The notes beneath the pieces are model-generated. The model made no database searches. It saw nothing but the letters and a program-made list of their open reading frames with translations, and had not been told where the DNA came from. From Octopus bimaculoides (Eukaryota), in contig NC_068985.1 of assembly GCF_001194135.2 (NCBI RefSeq), forward strand, positions 107,303,054 through 107,367,053: 64,000 nt of DNA, written 5' to 3'. Shown here in pieces: positions 59,801 to 64,000 of the stretch. Every line of letters begins with the position of its first letter. Position 1 is the stretch's first letter. The translations under genes and the position numbers were made by a program.

Positions 59801-61328
59801 TGGACTAGTAAGATGGTCATAAATTTAAAAACCTTACTGCTATTGTGTTGTGCATCCAAATAAGACACAGAACCCAAATTTCCAGGCATAAAACAAGTCC
59901 CATTACTACTTCAAGAGAGGGGGGACATCCAGCAGTAAAAGTTGTACTCCAACAAATAGTAACTGAACTTTAAGTATGGAGGGGGAAAGAAAATGTAAAA
60001 TTGCAAAAGAAGCTATGGGCCTTCCTAAGAAGGTGCAATCATAGGCTATAGTACTAGGTTTCAACCCATGATTATGTATGTGATCAATAGTCCAGCATCT
60101 TAGCATCCTAGGTATTCTGCTTTTTTGAAAGATAATTCAACATATTCAATATATCTAATGCAGTCTTATATTAATCCTCAAAATTTAAAATCATCTATTG
60201 ATGAATATAAAAGCAATTCAAACCACATTGTTGTCATCATTTTACTGCCCACTTTTTCATGTTTGCTAGGGTCAGAAGGATTTCACTGATGCAGATCTTT
60301 CTATGGCTAGATGCCCTTCCTGTCACGAACTCTCACTCTCAAGTGAAGTAATATTTCTACACAACCAGATGTTTTCATGGAAGATTGGAAATGAATGACA
60401 CCACTTGCATAGTAGAGAGACTCATTTACAACTATCAAGCAATGTCAAGTCAAGGAGGCACAACCACGCACGCACACACACACAACAGGTTTCTTTGCTT
60501 CCATCCTCGAAATCCACTCGTAAGGATTTGGCTGGCCTGAGGCTATAGAGAACACATGCAAAGGAAGTGAACTCAAAACCTTGTGGTTGTGAAGCAAATT
60601 TCTTAACCAGTCATATCTGCATCCATATGTATAATGATATTTAATTCTATAATCATACTTCAGCAGTAATCAGTTGCTAATCCTCTACAAAGGTCGTGTA
60701 AGACCCTAAATAAAGAGTGATATCATCTGCTTGAAAGTGAGTAGTGTTAGAAGTAACAACAAATTTGGTAAGTGGGCAACATGAACTGAAATCATGTATA
60801 AACACAACTTTTGCTAACCTTCCAAAGAGCAAGGGATCAGGAGTGACAAAGTAGGTCTCTAGTAGATTTCGATCTACAGAAGCTATACTAGCAGTTATTG
60901 AAGAGGGGAAAAATACTTAAGGTGTTGGGAACAGTCATTAACAGTCAACATCTCTCCATCAACTTTGAGATGTTGGAAGTGTTAGGTTGGTAGTATTTAG
61001 CAAATTCAGAAAAGTTGATTATCTTGGGAATATGAGTGTAGTGTATTTTCAAAGACTGAATTGCTTGATAAGGATAAGGGCTACTCTGGAGTATACCATT
61101 TGAGTGGGCCCATTAGGTAATGTAGTCCTAGATACACTATATCTCAATGAAAGACAGGATGGTTACAGTTGGAATCCTGGTAAATCAGGACTGACTGCAT
61201 CCCCACCCCACTTTCACCAGATCAGTAAATCTATGCTTACCTTTTTTCCATGAGTCCGTCAATACATTCTCTCAAGTTGTCCTCAAAATTCTGCTGTACT
61301 GTTGACTCATCCACCTCTCCATCAGCAT
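46818..61328 (-). CDS. IFRD1: Interferon-related developmental regulator (IFRD1/2 family), 5'-partial; complement join(61241-61328,59426-59506,58249-58444,57134-57184,53735-53913,51836-51944,50707-50841,48553-48681,47762-47860,46818-46907)
   Basis: Ten AG/GT exons in one frame (1157 nt = 2 + 385 codons). Hallmark IFRD motifs: FEDNLRECIDGLMEKS, LLKKGKCEEQ, LESPDVELRIVAGETIAL, LATDGSKHRAKKDRRQQRSTFR, IKFGPECLYLDSWARKKQYD, LLRDVFDLG, RTKARAKNRDKR. The first exons were not found in the window. Confidence 0.95.
47762..47860 (-). CDS. IFRD1: IFRD exon: ANYLLRDVFDLGAPLLELDGFNLRPKKMTKGER
   Basis: tttcag acceptor, gtaagt donor. Confidence 0.92.
48553..48681 (-). CDS. IFRD1: IFRD exon: DLESPADMIKFGPECLYLDSWARKKQYDSFCQVLGSGTPQHFQ
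   Basis: ttgtag acceptor, gtaaat donor; IFRD_C domain. Confidence 0.93.
48941..49026 (+). repeat. 86-bp exact copy of 49408-49493
   Basis: Identical including private variants; bracketed by catgcaca at 48934-48941 and 49022-49029. Confidence 0.92.
49225..50369 (+). mobile_element. RTE LINE 3' fragment in an IFRD intron (C-terminal ORF2, 3'UTR with four 51-65 bp tandem units, (GAT)n tail)
   Basis: ORF 49229-49483 (GEKLEVVSSFLYLGDQVSS...RIRIAWAKFRELLPLL), GRPRKTWDEVV; tail at 50345-50369. Confidence 0.92.
50430..50690 (+). mobile_element. Degenerate RTE C-terminal fragment
   Basis: ORF 50451-50693: RLHCYGDVMHIDDGSWVKKCQEIQMEGRCGR...AEVVKANFR...TKEMT. Confidence 0.65.
50707..50841 (-). CDS. 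IFRD1: IFRD exon: EFEGDDIVSLCEMLKQLATDGSKHRAKKDRRQQRSTFRGILKFIE
   Basis: cattag acceptor, gttcgt donor; 135 nt. Confidence 0.93.
51836..51944 (-). CDS. IFRD1: IFRD exon: HLGNIISMLESPDVELRIVAGETIALMYELQRGIDQ
   Basis: ttgcag acceptor, gtaaat donor. Confidence 0.93.
53735..53913 (-). CDS. IFRD1: IFRD exon: MMRKIMGSLEQVFKESY...ALSAWTLLLSIAP...VD(S)
   Basis: tttcag acceptor, gtttgt donor; ORF 53725-53913. Confidence 0.92.
54058..54275 (-). mobile_element. MetaSINE-like copy
   Basis: Homologous to 26710-26945. Confidence 0.75.
55317..55537. mobile_element. piggyBac MITE (221 bp)
   Basis: TTAA|ccctttagcatt ... aatgctaaaggg|TTAA. Confidence 0.88.
56020..56365 (+). mobile_element. tRNA-derived SINE, same family as 4645-5015
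   Basis: Same head and core, (TA)n(TG)n, ccagcaaggctgcagtcc tail. Confidence 0.75.
56845..58140. repeat. Direct duplicate module in two adjacent IFRD introns (about 56845-57085 and 57938-58140)
   Basis: Gap-free ~140-nt core (56931-57074 versus 57986-58129) at roughly 80% identity by eye. Confidence 0.9.
57134..57184 (-). CDS. IFRD1: IFRD 51-nt exon: CADTLSICSFVACRDVL
   Basis: ctacag acceptor, gtaagg donor; corresponds to the CATCFGVCCFIA segment of IFRD1. Confidence 0.88.
58249..58444 (-). CDS. IFRD1: IFRD exon: KFTIVESLLRLLKKGKCEEQ...VKARQK
   Basis: ccccag acceptor, gtaacc donor; within ORF 58204-58635. Confidence 0.93.
58745..59130 (+). mobile_element. RTE-type 3' tail with triplicated ccagtccact...ggcattaggaagggcatc block
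   Basis: Three degenerate tandem copies of a ~100-bp unit, then ccaacccatgccaatatgg...taaatgatg. Confidence 0.65.
59426..59506 (-). CDS. IFRD1: IFRD exon: QQTRINCLNNLIKALSTKYICDFLLN(V)
   Basis: ttccag acceptor, gtgagt donor; 81 nt, phase 2-2. Confidence 0.88.
61241..61328 (-). CDS. IFRD1: IFRD exon: (D)ADGEVDESTVQQNFEDNLRECIDGLMEK(S)
   Basis: tttag acceptor, gtaagc donor; phase 1 to 2. Confidence 0.9.
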
Positions 61329-61749
61329 CTAAAACAAACATCTTATTTTTAATGCAATCTAAACACTGTTGGTTTCAAAATATTTTCTCCACATTTCAAA
61401 AACGACGCTCAAAAACCTCTATTTCTGTCACAAAATCTGACTGTAGTGAAAATGATTCAAAAGCAGTAAACATTATTAGGAGGAATGAAATTTAAGTGAA
61501 TCCAGAGACCCAGACTTCAGCAATTAACAGCCAAATCTCCAGCTTCAAAACAGCTTATAATAGACAAAGTAACTCACTAAAGCTTCACTTCATAGATTCT
61601 CTAAATCACCTACAAAAATGCTGGCCATTTGAGCCCATGAACATACTGTTGGTCTAGAGTATGGTGGATCTATTTGTGCAGGCAGGTGTATATATATAGA
61701 CACAAATAACAAACCACTTAGGCTACTCTGTTAAAAGAACACAGAAATA

Positions 61750-63014
61750 TTGGGTCACCCTATAAACAATGCAGTTTTTTTATACTTTTATTTTTCAAAA
61801 TTAAGATAAACAAAGTTCTTTTTTAATCTAAAATGTACTCTCCGTTTTCTATAATGCTCTTCCACCTATCTGGTAGACTTGCAAGGCCCCTCTTCTAAAA
61901 TTCACTTGTCCATGATAAAAAATACTCCTCCAGTACTGTTCTGACCTCATCTACAGAATTCATAATTTTTCCATCCAAATGATTTAGAAGACTGCAGAAT
62001 AAATGATAATCAGATTGGGTAATGTCTGGTAAATATGGTGGGTGAAGCATCGTTTCCCATTCAAACTACTCCAGCCTCTGGAATGTCATCCTCGCTGTAT
62101 GTGGCTGAGCATTATTCTGATAGAAGAACACCTTATGTCTTCAAATCAAAGATGGTCATTTTTCTTCTAGCGCTGACTTAAGCCACTCAAGTTGCTTGCA
62201 GAAGATCTTTGTTATCGTTTGGTTTGGGCTTAGAAGTTCAAAGTGGATTAAACCTTTCATGTCCTTCCAAACAGATAACAACATTTTGCATGGGTGAAGA
62301 CCTTCTTTAGCTCAGGGTGCCAGTGTTTCTCCTTTCCCTACCCAGTGTCTTCTGTGCTTGACATTTTTATAGAAAACCCATTTCTAGTCACCAGTCACTA
62401 ATCAGTCCAAAAAATGTTCATTTGTGAGATGTGACAGCAAAGAAGAGCATACATTCACTCTGTAATTAGACTTGGAAAGTTTGTGAGGAACCCATTGACT
62501 CAATTTGCTGACTTTTCCGATGACATGCAGGTGTCGATGAATGGTTGAATAACCAAATCCAAGCTTCTCTGCTAGTTCCTCAACAGTTACGATGGGATTT
62601 TGTTCCACCAGGGTTTGCAGGACGTCCTTGTCAAGCTCTACAGATCTTCCAGGATGAGGCTCGTCTTCTGGGCTGTAGTTTCCGGCTCGGAATTTCTGGA
62701 ACCACTGTTGACACTGGCTTAATTGTCTGATCTCTATATACTGCATTAATATTCCTTGCACTTTCCGTTGTAGCCTTTATTGAACTCATAAAGCAAAATA
62801 TGCCAAATATGCTCCTTTGTCACTTCCATTATGGCTCTGAAGAAATAAGTTAAAATCGAAATGCACTCTTCAACATTTGCACTAAGAATAAGTACAAGGT
62901 AAAATAACTACCTGTTTTTAGCAAGTTGATGCAGGTAATTTATCCTGCCCCCCACCCCCTCCGACTTTTAGTTCATACAATTGAAAAAACCATATTATTT
63001 ATGGGATGATCCAA
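61750..63014 (-). mobile_element. Mariner (DD34D) transposon, near full length (~1.27 kb), inactivated
   Basis: TA flanks at 61748-49 and 63015-16; TIR ttgggtcaccctataa versus ttatgggatgatccaa. ORF 62402-62761 carries the HTH region and WVPHKL; downstream QNNAQPH (degenerate HDNARPH) and HPPYLPDITQSDYHLF (degenerate YSPDLAPSD) with stops. Confidence 0.92.
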
Positions 63015-63649
63015 TATATACTTAATCATTTTGCCATAATATTCCTATGACAAATGGAATAAAATAACTTATAATTAAGCTAGTGCTTAGAAAAATCAAG
63101 ATGAAATTTTAATTTTAAGTTCTTATTTAGATCACTTCAAAACAAGAAGCATGTATTACAGAACCAAAAGGGGTTTCAGGCTGGCTGACATGTTAAAAGC
63201 CACCACTGATGCAATGCTTCACAGCTGGATCAGGAGTTAAAACTTTACTACAACTACAGTTATCATGATCAGCTCTCTAGCAGGGCATACAACTCAGCAT
63301 ATGCCAGTCTAAAAAAGACATCTTTCATCACTTTGGATTAATAATACGAAAACCTGTCAACTGTAAAATAAAAAACAAAAATAAAGACACTATGCCCCAA
63401 TTATGTTCAAATTAACAAAAGAACCTGTCAAACCGCCTTAATAATAATATAAAATAAATAATATAATTTACACAAGTACAAGGTCAATTGATAAGGTCTT
63501 AGCCATACTAAACATAATGAAAAGTTTTTAATTGAAAGCTAAGTGATATAGTGAATGATTCCAACACTGATACATAACCTAAACTAATTATATCAACCCT
63601 GGAGGAATGAAAGAAAAAACAACAAAAGAGAAATCTCTACTCGGAGCAT

Positions 63650-64000
63650 ACACTATGGTACGCTTGCACTAAATGAGGATGCAAAGAAAGAGGTCTGGAG
63701 ATGCCACTACGATAGATTGCTTAATAAAGAGAATGAATGGGAGGAAGAGAGCCTGCCGTATGTCGACCCAATAGAGGGACCAGCTATCCGAGTTGATAGT
63801 ACCAGGGTAGATTAAGCAATTAAGAGTATGAAGACCAGGAAAGCCCCCGGCCCATCAGGAATCACTGCAGAGATGCTCAAAATATCTGGCAGTGTTGGCT
63901 ATAGCCTAGTCACCCGTATTACGAACCAGGTGATACACGAAGGAGTCATACCCAATGACTGGTGTAGCAGCATCATAGTCAACTGCTACAAAGGTAAAGG
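63650..64000 (+). mobile_element. RTE LINE (start of RT region), runs off the window end
   Basis: Homologous to 23750-24090: KEVWRCHYDRLLNKENEWEEESLP...KAPGPSGITAEMLK...IPNDWCSSIIVNCYKGK. Confidence 0.9.

Overview
Eukaryotic, AT-rich, repeat-dense window with 7 assembly gaps. The RTE-LINE/(GAT)n tails and tRNA-derived SINEs point to a coleoid cephalopod, most likely Octopus (inference). I reconstructed three spliced protein-coding genes from GT-AG sites with consistent phases. (1) The 3' seven exons of a syntaxin-7/12-family Qa-SNARE (+, 4445-19138). (2) A two-exon, ~475-aa uncharacterised gene (+, 35214-40307) with an N-terminal SAM domain split by the intron, a long S/T/P-rich linker, an AT-hook-like RRGRP motif and an unrecognised ~100-aa basic helical domain. 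(3) Ten 3' exons of IFRD1/2 (-, 46818-61328). The rest is mostly transposon-derived: RTE LINE copies and tails, several modular SINE families, a near full-length mariner relic, an internally deleted Chapaev3-like element, and Merlin-like, piggyBac and Tigger-like MITEs. The most interesting items are the SAM/AT-hook/novel-domain gene, a structured ~240-nt module duplicated into two adjacent IFRD introns, a 43-bp near-perfect hairpin inside a 13-bp direct repeat, and inverted LINE tails flanking a frame-preserving syntaxin exon. All alignments and folds were done by eye; TE boundaries are approximate unless TIR/TSD coordinates are given.
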